DNA of 64,000 bases, from NCBI GenBank assembly GCA_046293175.1, contig JBKBPM010000001.1:427446-491445 (forward strand). Direction: 5' to 3'. The DNA comes from Minisyncoccia bacterium. GTDB lineage: Bacteria; Patescibacteriota; Minisyncoccia; Phycocordibacterales; UBA918. The notes beneath the pieces are model-generated. The model was given only the letters and a program-made list of their open reading frames with translations. It made no database searches and was not told the DNA's origin. Numbering within the stretch: the stretch's first letter is position 1; every line of letters starts with the position of its first letter. The translations under genes were made by a program, and so were the position numbers. Below, piece by piece: positions 18,827 through 27,157 of the stretch.

Positions 18827-19738
18827 ATGAATCCTATTCGACGTCGCCCTGACGCCAATCAGCGCCGCACCAATGGTGTCGGTGGCCCAAAACGCTCAAC
18901 GGAACGGATTGGAAAGTCACGCCCAAAAACTAATAAAACTGCCCCCAAGCGCCGTACCCGGACCAAGCGTCCAGTAAAAGCCCTTGAAGTAGCACCTCAG
19001 ACACCCAAAGCCGCTCCAGCCGTGAGTAACCTCCCTGGTATTCGCCTCAATAAGTACCTGGCTGAGCACCATGTCGCTTCACGACGTGAAGCTGATGTAC
19101 TGATTGCTTCCAAAAAAGTCCGGATTAACGGCAAAATCGCTAAAATCGGCGATCGTGTACAGGAAGGTGACGAAGTTACCCTCGGGGGGCAAACGAAGAG
19201 TAAACGCTACCTCGCCTACTATAAAGGTCGCGGTATTATCACCCACTCACCAGCTGCTAATGAAGTAGATATTGCGACTCGACTCAAGAAGGACTATGGT
19301 ATTACTGACGTCTCACCAGTTGGTCGTCTTGATAAAGACACTGAAGGTCTTATCATTCTCTCAAACGATGGTCGCATCACCGGTCCGCTACTTGATCCAG
19401 AGGCCAATCACGAAAAAGAATACATAGTGACGGTTGACAAAAATGTCACCCCTGCATTCCTCAAGCTCCTTGAGCTTGGGGTGATTATCGAAGGGTATCG
19501 TACTAAGCCTGCCAAAGCAGTAGGCTCACAAAAAAATGCCAAGCGCTTTAATCTCATCATTACGGAAGGTAAAAAGCATCAGATTCGCCGTATGTGTGCT
19601 GCTTTAGGATATCAGGTGGAAAGTTTGAAACGCGTCCGCGTTATGAATATTGAACTTGGTGCCTTAAAGCCAAACCAGTACCGTAAGATTGGCGATAACG
19701 AACTGAAGCTGTTTTTAAGTGAACTTGGACTCGCTTAG
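18827..19738 (+). CDS. rluB: rRNA pseudouridine synthase, RsuA/RluB family, with N-terminal basic extension
   Basis: An S4 domain (RLNKYLAEHHVASRREADVLIASKKVRINGK) and the catalytic motif GRLDKDTEGLIILSNDG are present. The N-terminal Lys/Arg-rich region spans about 60 aa. Confidence 0.85.
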   Translation: MNPIRRRPDANQRRTNGVGGPKRSTERIGKSRPKTNKTAPKRRTRTKRPVKALEVAPQTPKAAPAVSNLPGIRLNKYLAEHHVASRREADVLIASKKVRINGKIAKIGDRVQEGDEVTLGGQTKSKRYLAYYKGRGIITHSPAANEVDIATRLKKDYGITDVSPVGRLDKDTEGLIILSNDGRITGPLLDPEANHEKEYIVTVDKNVTPAFLKLLELGVIIEGYRTKPAKAVGSQKNAKRFNLIITEGKKHQIRRMCAALGYQVESLKRVRVMNIELGALKPNQYRKIGDNELKLFLSELGLA

Positions 19739-19754
19739 ATAATTACGCAAGTAA

Positions 19755-19784
19755 AGGGCGACAGCACGTGCTGTCGCCCTTTTG
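19755..19784. terminator. Strong rho-independent terminator (bidirectional candidate)
   Basis: An 11-bp stem gggcgacagca/tgctgtcgccc with loop cg is followed by TTTTG. It lies just after the rluB stop and just after the stop (19789) of the convergent small ORF. Confidence 0.7.
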
Positions 19785-19788
19785 CGCT

Positions 19789-19998
19789 TCAGATCAAAAA
19801 TGAAAGGCAGGTCAGGAACACTTCTGCCGTTGGATCATCCGCCGCATAGATCCAGCGGAGATACTCGATATCAGTCGCGTTCATGATCGTGGGACCAAAG
19901 TTCGTGAGCATGCCACCCACCCGTACTTCAAACATGCACTGTGGTGGTGGAATCTGGGCTTGACCGAACAGGTCACGTAACGCCTGCAATATATCCAT
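19789..19998 (-). CDS. Hypothetical small protein (69 aa) with a strong Shine-Dalgarno sequence
   Basis: The minus strand reads AAAGGAGGGGGAGTGATG, so the SD lies 7 nt before the ATG. A TTGTCG-17-TATACT promoter-like sequence is further upstream on the same strand. The product is MDILQALRDLFGQAQIPPPQCMFEVRVGGMLTNFGPTIMNATDIEYLRWIYAADDPTAEVFLTCLSFLI. Confidence 0.5.
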   Translation of the reverse strand: MDILQALRDLFGQAQIPPPQCMFEVRVGGMLTNFGPTIMNATDIEYLRWIYAADDPTAEVFLTCLSFLI

Positions 19999-20368
19999 CA
20001 CTCCCCCTCCTTTACTATCTACCAGTATAAGTTGTTTTTAGTGACTCGACAATACAAAAGGCTATCCACAAAACGCTCTTCTGCGTTTTATGGATGACCA
20101 GTTTGGCCACAGCGATGAGATTACCCCCATCACCCGATCAATGGTAGATACCCCGACTACTAGCTGATCTCCCTGCTGTAGCGTCCTACACTGACCAAAT
20201 GCACCCGGATAGATATCCGACTCGCACGCATTGAATTGAAAGATAGCTTTCTTGACTCTTGCTTGTGCCGTCGCTTGCTGTTCTAGCGAATAAATTACCC
20301 ACCGCGGTCGGCGACTCGTCCTCTTTGGTATATTGGTCTCTCTGCTAATGCCACACGGGGGCATAGGC

Positions 20369-20406
20369 AAAGCCACCTCAGTCGCACAAGCGACTGAGGT
20401 GGCTTT
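20369..20406 (-). terminator. Intrinsic terminator of typA (17-bp stem hairpin)
   Basis: The arms aaagccacctcagtcgc and gcgactgaggtggcttt are joined by an acaa loop. The hairpin sits immediately 3' of the typA stop at 20422. Confidence 0.6.
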
Positions 20407-20421
20407 ATAAGGAGTTATGGG

Positions 20422-22200
20422 TTACGCGCGCTTGCGGTCACTCTCCTTGAGCTTGGCTTTGCGGAGACGGACATTCAGTGGCGTGATTTCGAGGTATTCA
20501 TCGTCAGCCATGATTTCAAGACCGGTTTCAATCGTAATCACCTTTGGATTGACGAGCACAATCGCATCATCGCTTCCTGACGCGCGCATGTTGGTGAGTT
20601 GCTTACCTTTAGTCGGATTCACTGTCATTTCTTCGCCTTTACTGGTGTTACCAATCACCATACCTTCGTACACTTCGGTACCCGGACCAATGTAAAGCTG
20701 GCCACGATCCTGAAGACCATAAAGCGCAAAGCCAAGCGCCTTACCCTGCACCATCGATATCATCGAACCAACCTGGCGCTTCTTGATTTCGCCGGCATAC
20801 GGACGGAAACCAAGTACGCGAGACGCGAGGATACCATCACCCTTTGTATCTACCACAAACTGGTTCTTGTAACCGAGGAGTCCGCGAGTTGGACCTTCGA
20901 GCATAATCCGCACCTGGTTTTCATGTACAATCATGTTTGTCATCACAAAGCCACGAGTGCCGAGACGTTCAATCACAGCACCTTGATACTCACTTGGAAT
21001 ATCCACGGTCACTTCTTCAAACGGTTCACTCTTCACCCCGTCAATCTCTTTGATAATTACCTGTGGCTGTGAGACGGCCATTTCAAAGCCTTCACGACGC
21101 ATGTTTTCGAGCAAAATCGCAACGTGCATTTCACCACGACCTCGCACTTCAAAGGTATCTCCCTGACTAAAGTCAACCTGGAGACCTACGTTGACCTCAA
21201 GTTCCTTCTCAAGACGATCCTTAATCTGGCGACTGGTGACAAACTTTCCTTCGCGTCCAGCAAACGGTGAACTGTTCGGCATGAACTGAAGTGCGATCGT
21301 AGGTTCATCTACTTTAATTGCCGGTAGAGGTTCGACCGCTTCACTATCGGTGAAGGTGTCTCCAATATTGATATCTTCGAAGCCAGCAATCATGACAATA
21401 TCGCCAGCAAAGGCTTCAGCGGTTTCGACTTTCTCTATACCCTTAAAGGTATAGAGCTTTACGACCTTTCCGCGACGCACTGCATCTTCGCCCTCATGCT
21501 TGACGATAAGCTGCTGACTAGCCTTAACTGAACCTTCGTAGACACGAGCTACCGCCAGACGACCAAGGAAGTTGTCGTAGCCGAGGTTAAATACCTGAGC
21601 ACGGAGTGCTTCACCTGGCACATAGGCTCGGGCAGGTGGCACAAGTTCAAGTACGGTATCAAGCAGTGGCGTAAGGTCCACCATATCGTCGTTCATGTTG
21701 CGCTTCGCTTTTCCTTCGCGACCGATGGCATAAACAGTCGTGAAGTTACACTGTTCATCATTCGCACCGAGTTCAAGAAAGAGTTCGAGGACTTGCTCTT
21801 CGGTCCGTGGGATGTCTGCCGCTGGCTTGTCGATCTTGTTCACGACCACAATTGGCTTGAGACCAAGTTCAAGCGATTTCTTCAAAACAAAGCGAGTCTG
21901 GGGCATTGGTCCTTCCTGAGCGTCCACAATGAGAAGTACCGAGTCAATTGAGCGAAGTACCCGCTCTACTTCAGAACCAAAGTCCGCGTGACCAGGGGTG
22001 TCCACGATGTTGATCTTGGTACCTTTGTACTCAATAGAGGTATTTTTGGCGTAAATGGTAATACCACGCTCTTTTTCAAGCGCGTTACTATCCATTGAAG
22101 TTTCACCATCGCGTGCTCCCGTCTGCTCCATAAGGGCATCGGTGAGCGTCGTCTTACCATGGTCTACGTGCGCGATAATCGCGATGTTTCTAATCTCCAT
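20422..22200 (-). CDS. typA: Translational GTPase TypA/BipA
   Basis: [24 protein letters not shown] (G1 motif), DTPGHADF and NKIDK motifs are present. The 592-aa length and overall architecture fit BipA. Confidence 0.95.
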   Translation of the reverse strand: MEIRNIAIIAHVDHGKTTLTDALMEQTGARDGETSMDSNALEKERGITIYAKNTSIEYKGTKINIVDTPGHADFGSEVERVLRSIDSVLLIVDAQEGPMPQTRFVLKKSLELGLKPIVVVNKIDKPAADIPRTEEQVLELFLELGANDEQCNFTTVYAIGREGKAKRNMNDDMVDLTPLLDTVLELVPPARAYVPGEALRAQVFNLGYDNFLGRLAVARVYEGSVKASQQLIVKHEGEDAVRRGKVVKLYTFKGIEKVETAEAFAGDIVMIAGFEDINIGDTFTDSEAVEPLPAIKVDEPTIALQFMPNSSPFAGREGKFVTSRQIKDRLEKELEVNVGLQVDFSQGDTFEVRGRGEMHVAILLENMRREGFEMAVSQPQVIIKEIDGVKSEPFEEVTVDIPSEYQGAVIERLGTRGFVMTNMIVHENQVRIMLEGPTRGLLGYKNQFVVDTKGDGILASRVLGFRPYAGEIKKRQVGSMISMVQGKALGFALYGLQDRGQLYIGPGTEVYEGMVIGNTSKGEEMTVNPTKGKQLTNMRASGSDDAIVLVNPKVITIETGLEIMADDEYLEITPLNVRLRKAKLKESDRKRA

Positions 22201-22517
22201 ATACTACAAATGTTTTACGCCTATAAGTGTTTCGTCTCGAAAGAGAAAGGTGCACGTGTCGGCACGACTGTGCACCTTAAAAACGCCACAATCATACCGT
22301 AGAGGATGACTCTTGTCGAGGGTACAACTACAATGGGCATACAACCGGTTAGAAGTATATACAGGTATTGGATGCATTGAGATTTTGTTTTAACACAGAA
22401 TCTGAAATATTACTCGGAATGATAAGTCTACCTACTTTCCGCTGGACAAAAGAAAAGCCGGCGCGGAGAGTGTCATACCCATCCGCACCAGCCGTTGATG
22501 TTTGAGCCCATGAAAGC

Positions 22518-22880
22518 TCAGTTGTGCGAGTCGTCCGACTTGAAGTTCGGCCCGAGCCAGTTGTGACGCCGGACATAACGCACAAGAGAGAGATGTCGCA
22601 TGATGCGATCGCACCAGTCGAAGCACGCCTTCTTGTTGTTGTCCGCGAAGCATTCACCAGTCCAGGTTCCATCCTGAAGCTGTTTGGCGATAGTGACCAG
22701 TTCGCCACCTTCGAGCTTCGCTTGGTTACCGACTACGTCCTCGACTAACCTGAGCTGGGGTGTGATTTCGTCATCGGCACCCTCTGCACCGGTACGCACT
22801 GCCACCCAGACAAGTTTCCCAACGAGATGGTGGGCCATCTTCGAATTGTCAGTTCCGTTCATTCTGGAACCATCAGCCAT
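22518..22880 (-). CDS. Hypothetical protein (120 aa)
   Basis: GAGGTGAT lies 4 nt before the ATG. It is the most protein-like of several overlapping ORFs in this GC-richer stretch. No family was recognised. Confidence 0.4.
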   Translation of the reverse strand: MADGSRMNGTDNSKMAHHLVGKLVWVAVRTGAEGADDEITPQLRLVEDVVGNQAKLEGGELVTIAKQLQDGTWTGECFADNNKKACFDWCDRIMRHLSLVRYVRRHNWLGPNFKSDDSHN

Positions 22881-22975
22881 CTGATCACCTCATCAATTAT
22901 TTTACTTGCGGCCTAGACTATACTACATTTTAATGATAATTGCAAGCCCTATAGTTGCCACTTTAATGATTAATT

Positions 22976-23004
22976 AAAGGGGCTGGCTTTGGCCCAGCCC
23001 CCCC
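22976..23004. terminator. Terminator hairpin downstream of the 23013..23288 gene
   Basis: A GC stem ggggctgg/ccagcccc is flanked by A/T-rich tracts on both strands. Confidence 0.45.
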
Positions 23005-23012
23005 TTCTCTTT

Positions 23013-23288
23013 TCATGTCGACACCAGCAAGAGCGGATGCGCTTCCCTCGCCTTCATCGTATAGATGTTGTAGAGGTCAAGGCAACGTTCCAGACAGGCC
23101 AATGAATTAGCGTAGCAGAACTCAAACGGCGTATCAGGATGATTGTCGAGGACCACCACACCGGTGCCAACACAGCAAATGCGAAAGCTCTTCGGTTGAA
23201 ACACACCGTACGGCTGATCTGCTACCCGCACAGGCACGTAGACGGAGCCACCTCTGCGCCAGCGCTCTATTACCTCACCTTTGTCCAC
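23013..23288 (-). CDS. Hypothetical protein (91 aa)
   Basis: It is co-directional with the GIY-YIG gene and followed by a terminator. It is Cys-containing. No family was recognised. Confidence 0.4.
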   Translation of the reverse strand: MDKGEVIERWRRGGSVYVPVRVADQPYGVFQPKSFRICCVGTGVVVLDNHPDTPFEFCYANSLACLERCLDLYNIYTMKAREAHPLLLVST

Positions 23289-23329
23289 AACTCGTCCCTC
23301 CCTATGTGACCAAGTTCGACACTACTTAA

Positions 23330-23596
23330 CTATACTCGCGAATGATTTGCAAGCTCTGCTTTTTCGGCTCGGGTCAGCTGCCGCAAGGCATGTTCACGCT
23401 TTTGCGCTGCGCTTCGATCTGTCACTAGCTCGCTATAGGCGAGGTAAACCGGGCGACGGGCTTTGGTGTACTTGGCTCCCTTCCCCGCGACTCCTTCACC
23501 ATTATGTTCTTTGATCCGTCGGTCAAGGTCAGTGGTTACACCACTGTAGTACGTACCATCGCTACAGCGCAGCATGTACACATACCACTGACTCAT
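23330..23596 (-). CDS. GIY-YIG nuclease superfamily protein (YhbQ/UPF0213-like, 88 aa)
   Basis: MSQWYVYMLRCSDGTYYSGVTTDLDRRIKEHN is the canonical GIY-x10-YIG motif with the R and E/N of the catalytic core. The basic C-terminal helix is also present. Confidence 0.8.
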   Translation of the reverse strand: MSQWYVYMLRCSDGTYYSGVTTDLDRRIKEHNGEGVAGKGAKYTKARRPVYLAYSELVTDRSAAQKREHALRQLTRAEKAELANHSRV

Positions 23597-23701
23597 AGTC
23601 GCTCTTCGATATAGGAGGAGAGACTCTGGTCTGCAAACTGCGGAAAGAAGTACCAGACGAAGGCGATGGCCGCAAGAATAAAAACAATCACTTTGAGCAT
23701 A

Positions 23702-24373
23702 TTATTTTTTTGGACTATTATTTAGGTGAAACAACTCTGGTCTCGTGCGTCGTACAGTATAGACAATACCGAGAAGAATAACGATGATACCAAGTGGTAC
23801 ATACACGAGTGAAGTGCGGATCATGCCAAGTTTTGTGACCTCCGCAAATTCGTAGAGGGCTGCCACCGAACGCCAGGTCGCCCCGTAGCCCGCGTCACTA
23901 TCAGTGTCGCCAATTACAATCAGATATTTCCCGTAGTTCTCCGGTGTACTCACCTCTACTCGATAGGTACCAGGGGCGACTGTCCCAAAGTATTCTGGCC
24001 CGACCAAGAAGTTTAGTTTAGAAATCGGCTCGCGGATGACCTCCCAGGTCGCATCAGCCGCTTTGATACGCGCAATCTCTTCTACCCCACGCGGCTCTAC
24101 TACCCGAACGATAATCCCCCCAAAGTCTGGGGTTGAAGAACCAGGAAGACCAAAGATACTCACCGATAGTGGCAGCTCTTCACTGATTGTAAACTCAACC
24201 ATCTCAGGGTAACCATTAAGCTCACCGGTAATAATCTGGCGGTTACTCAGGTCTAGTTCAAGCGGCAGTACCTCGTACGGTGTCACGACCTCGTGACTCG
24301 TCACCGTATAGGCAAATGCACTAGTAGGTAGTACTAACAGCGCTACGAAGAAGAACAGACGCGACATAGTCAT
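23702..24373 (-). CDS. Hypothetical exported protein with C-terminal TM anchor
   Basis: It has a signal peptide (MTMSRLFFFVALLVLPTSAFA) and a C-terminal TM segment followed by basic residues. Its ATG overlaps the upstream gene's stop (TAATG). Confidence 0.55.
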   Translation of the reverse strand: MTMSRLFFFVALLVLPTSAFAYTVTSHEVVTPYEVLPLELDLSNRQIITGELNGYPEMVEFTISEELPLSVSIFGLPGSSTPDFGGIIVRVVEPRGVEEIARIKAADATWEVIREPISKLNFLVGPEYFGTVAPGTYRVEVSTPENYGKYLIVIGDTDSDAGYGATWRSVAALYEFAEVTKLGMIRTSLVYVPLGIIVILLGIVYTVRRTRPELFHLNNSPKK

Positions 24374-24894
24374 TATTGCGCATCAAAGTACTCCCAGAGT
24401 GAAAGTAGAGTCTTGCCAGTTTCAGTCTCGTTACTAAAGTTCGTGGTACAAGTATCAAGTTCGTATTCCACACCGTCCTTCACGACAATGTACCGGTAGT
24501 CGATACCATCGACGTTCTCCGCACACATCTCTTTGGTTTCAGGTTTGGCGGCTGCTACGAGCACATCGTCGGTGAGAGTTGCTTTAAGCTCGCGTAGGAA
24601 GGTGCGTGGAATAGCGCCTTCAATCGCCGGACTTGGTACCTCAGGATTATCTGAGAATGGGAGATACCGGTAGCTACCATCATTTTCTATCTGAAATGAT
24701 GGTGGTACACCTACACGCATGCCGCCGTACATTTCACCAATCACGACAAAATCAGTCGCTTCTTCTTCGGTATCGACTCCCTGACCAGACTGGAACTCAG
24801 GAGCGTAGCCTACGAGGTACAAATACGAACCAGCAATAATCCCAATAAGTAAGGCTGACAACACGGTCAGTTTGTCCTGCTTCTTTAATTTCAT
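24373..24894 (-). CDS. Hypothetical membrane-anchored protein (173 aa)
   Basis: It has an N-terminal TM segment (LTVLSALLIGIIAGSYLYLV) and is translationally coupled to the downstream gene. No family was recognised. Confidence 0.55.
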   Translation of the reverse strand: MKLKKQDKLTVLSALLIGIIAGSYLYLVGYAPEFQSGQGVDTEEEATDFVVIGEMYGGMRVGVPPSFQIENDGSYRYLPFSDNPEVPSPAIEGAIPRTFLRELKATLTDDVLVAAAKPETKEMCAENVDGIDYRYIVVKDGVEYELDTCTTNFSNETETGKTLLSLWEYFDAQ

Positions 24895-24971
24895 ATAGGT
24901 TTTAGTATATCACCCTGTTCCCCACCCCGGCAAAGTACGGTATGATGGTGCCGCATTTGGAGACGAGGCAT

Positions 24972-25061
24972 GGAGATGTCGCATAGTGGTCGAGTGCGCT
25001 CGCTTGGAAAGCGAGTAGGGTGTCAAAGCCCTCGGAGGTTCGAATCCTCTCATCTCCGCCA
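24972..25061 (+). tRNA. tRNA-Ser (anticodon GGA), 90 nt with long variable arm; CCA encoded
   Basis: The acceptor stem GGAGATG/CATCTCC, anticodon arm CTCGC-TTGGAAA-GCGAG, variable arm AGGGTGTCAAAGCCCT and T arm GGAGGTTCGAATCCTCT are all present. The discriminator G is followed by CCA. Confidence 0.9.
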
Positions 25062-25086
25062 AATAGAGCTAGCACGAGACGCGTAC

Positions 25087-25122
25087 AAAACCACTCCCAT
25101 AGAGGAGTGGTTTTGTGTTTTG
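25087..25122 (+). terminator. Rho-independent terminator after tRNA-Ser
   Basis: The stem aaaaccactcc/ggagtggtttt with loop cataga is followed by gtgttttgt. Confidence 0.6.
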
Positions 25123-25128
25123 TCAGAT

Positions 25129-25158
25129 TTGCACTGTATACCCCCTAGGGGGTATACT
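25129..25158 (+). promoter_or_regulatory. csoR promoter (TTGCAC-18-TATACT) with embedded CsoR-type operator palindrome GTATACCCCCTAGGGGGTATAC (25136..25157)
   Basis: A perfect 22-bp palindrome of the ATACCC-N-GGGTAT type described for CsoR operators occupies the spacer and -10. The ATG is 3 nt downstream. Confidence 0.6.
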
Positions 25159-25160
25159 TG

Positions 25161-25430
25161 ATGGCAATGATTCAAGATACCAAAAAATTAGTTAGGCGAC
25201 TAAAAATCATCGAGGGGCAAGTTCGTGGCTTGCAGACCATGGTTGAAAACAAAACATACTGTATTGATGTGATTACCCAAACCTCTGCCATTAAGCAAGG
25301 ACTTTCAAATATCGAGGATTTGTTGCTCGAAGACCACTTGCAAAGCTGTGTAGTTAATCAGATCAAAGCTGGCAAAACAGCTAAAGCCACAGAAGAAATT
25401 TTACGAGTCTATCAACTAAAACGAAAGTAG
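25161..25430 (+). CDS. csoR: CsoR/RcnR-family metal-sensing repressor, copper-type (CsoR)
   Basis: RLKIIEGQVRGLQTMVENKTYCIDVITQTSAIKQGL...EDHLQSCV carries the C...H-x3-C copper-ligand fingerprint. Confidence 0.85.
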   Translation: MAMIQDTKKLVRRLKIIEGQVRGLQTMVENKTYCIDVITQTSAIKQGLSNIEDLLLEDHLQSCVVNQIKAGKTAKATEEILRVYQLKRK

Positions 25431-25431
25431 T

Positions 25432-25977
25432 ATGGAACACACCGCAAATGAAAGTAAGCTATACATTCACCACGCTGATACGACTACTATCTGGTCATAC
25501 TGGCCAATTGCCACTATTTACGCCGTGGCGGCTCTCTTAGCCCTCTATACCGTACAATTTCATCTCTTCCCCGACTATATGTCGCACTGGATGGGATTTG
25601 TACTCATTGGATTTGGAGTGATTAAATTGTCTGACGTGGTTGGATTTGCCAAAGGGTTTGCTATGTACGACCCGCTCGCGAAACAAAGTATCACCTATGC
25701 ACAAACCTACCCATTTCTTGAGATTGCACTAGGCATTATGTTCATCTTGCAACTATTAGTTCTACCCGTGACACTGGTCACACTCTTCATATACAGCGCT
25801 AGTCTCTACGGAGCAATCCAATCTATAAAGAGAAAAGAAACACTGCACTGTGTCTGCCTGGGTACATACTTCAAACTACCCCTCTCAACCGTTACCCTCC
25901 TTGAGGCTGGCTTTATGATTGCAATGTGTGTCTGGATGTTACTCATGATTAACAGTATGGCTGGAATGGCCATGTAA
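25432..25977 (+). CDS. DoxX/MauE-like integral membrane protein with CVC motif
   Basis: It has 4-5 TM helices and an HCVCLG motif. It sits in the csoR operon. Confidence 0.5.
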   Translation: MEHTANESKLYIHHADTTTIWSYWPIATIYAVAALLALYTVQFHLFPDYMSHWMGFVLIGFGVIKLSDVVGFAKGFAMYDPLAKQSITYAQTYPFLEIALGIMFILQLLVLPVTLVTLFIYSASLYGAIQSIKRKETLHCVCLGTYFKLPLSTVTLLEAGFMIAMCVWMLLMINSMAGMAM

Positions 25978-25990
25978 CAAATTTATATCT

Positions 25991-26653
25991 ATGAAAAATC
26001 AATCAATTATCGCTATTTGTATTCTCACCGTAGGTGTAGGTATCGCGCTTGGGTATGCTTTCTGGGGTGCAGGTGACAGCAAGTACACAGCACAAAAACA
26101 AACAAACGATACAACTGTACCTGCAGGAATGCACCGTATGCCTGACGGTTCACTGATGGGAAATGCTCCCGCTGATAACAGTATGGGTATGATGAATGGA
26201 ATGGATCATAGTGCCATGATGGTTAAAAGTGAACGGGAATTTCTTGAAGGGATGATTCCTCATCACCAAGAAGCAGTCGATACTGCTAAAGAAGTTAGCG
26301 CACGTGGTGGTTCAACTCCTGAAATCAAGAAATTAGCCGAAGATATTGTAGTCGCTCAAGAAAAAGAAATCGCGATGATGAAAGGCTGGTACCAGAGTTG
26401 GTACGGAAAAGCGTATATTGCTGACCCCGAAGCCTATGAACCAATGATGCGTGATTTATCAAAACTTAGCGGAGCGGCACTTGATAAGGTCTTTTTGGAA
26501 GATATGGTCATGCACCACATGGGAGCGGTGATGATGGCACAAAGTGTCCAGCCGTATATTGAACATAAAGAACTGACTGATTTAACGAAAGCAATAGTTG
26601 AGACACAAACTGTCGAAATTCAGCAGATGAAAAAGATGCTGGGTGAATTGTAA
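25991..26653 (+). CDS. DUF305 domain protein with Met-rich (MxxM) putative Cu-binding N-terminal region
   Basis: The two DUF305 half-motifs are EREFLEGMIPHHQEAVDTA and DKVFLEDMVMHHMGAVMMA. A signal/TM segment and a MGNAPADNSMGMMNGMDHSAMM tract precede them. Confidence 0.8.
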   Translation: MKNQSIIAICILTVGVGIALGYAFWGAGDSKYTAQKQTNDTTVPAGMHRMPDGSLMGNAPADNSMGMMNGMDHSAMMVKSEREFLEGMIPHHQEAVDTAKEVSARGGSTPEIKKLAEDIVVAQEKEIAMMKGWYQSWYGKAYIADPEAYEPMMRDLSKLSGAALDKVFLEDMVMHHMGAVMMAQSVQPYIEHKELTDLTKAIVETQTVEIQQMKKMLGEL

Positions 26654-26669
26654 AGGATTTTAGGTCTAT

Positions 26670-26697
26670 TTAAAACGCTACGTAGTAGCGTTTTAAA
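26670..26697. terminator. Bidirectional rho-independent terminator between convergent DUF305 and PAP2 genes
   Basis: The stem aaaacgctac/gtagcgtttt with loop gta has A/T runs on both sides. Confidence 0.65.
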
Positions 26698-27157
26698 TTA
26701 GTTGTTGTAGTCTTTGTGCAAGATAAACAACCGCTACTGCAATAACCAAACCACCAAAAACGTCAATCGTATGGTGAACATTAGCCATCACTCGGGCTGT
26801 TCCAATTAATCCTGAAACAACAAATAAACTGATTCCGAGAGGTTTGTTGACTGTATACACTAAAGCCGAGAGAGTAAAGGCAAAAAGGGCGTGTTCTGAC
26901 GGAAAACCATTATCCGCGGTATGAGCAAATAAAGGCGTCAGATCATGTGAGACAAACGGTCTAGGACTATCAATTAACCAACTTGCTACACGACCCACTA
27001 CATACGCAGTCGGTAACGACACCGCGCTAAATATGGCTAATTTACGACGTTGAATTGGCCTAGCGTACAACCAACCGAGGATTGCCCCAGTAATAACAAG
27101 ATAATGGAATTTAGTGGCAACCAAAACAATAACACTCTCAAACATACTACCGATCAA
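26693..27157 (-). CDS. PAP2-family phosphatase (membrane)
   Basis: The PAP2 motifs FPSEHA (PSGH-like) and TARVMANVHHTIDV (SR..H...D-like) are present in a multi-TM protein. Confidence 0.75.
   Translation of the reverse strand: MIGSMFESVIVLVATKFHYLVITGAILGWLYARPIQRRKLAIFSAVSLPTAYVVGRVASWLIDSPRPFVSHDLTPLFAHTADNGFPSEHALFAFTLSALVYTVNKPLGISLFVVSGLIGTARVMANVHHTIDVFGGLVIAVAVVYLAQRLQQLI

Noticed and set aside
20062-20376. 104-aa minus-strand ORF between typA and the small SD-ORF
   Set aside because: Its composition is Cys/Trp/Arg-rich and non-protein-like, it overlaps the typA terminator hairpin, and it has no RBS. The region is treated as non-coding, possibly RNA.
24970-25161. 63-aa ORF MEMSHSGRVRSLGKR...
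   Set aside because: It is the tRNA-Ser gene and its terminator translated; it is not coding.
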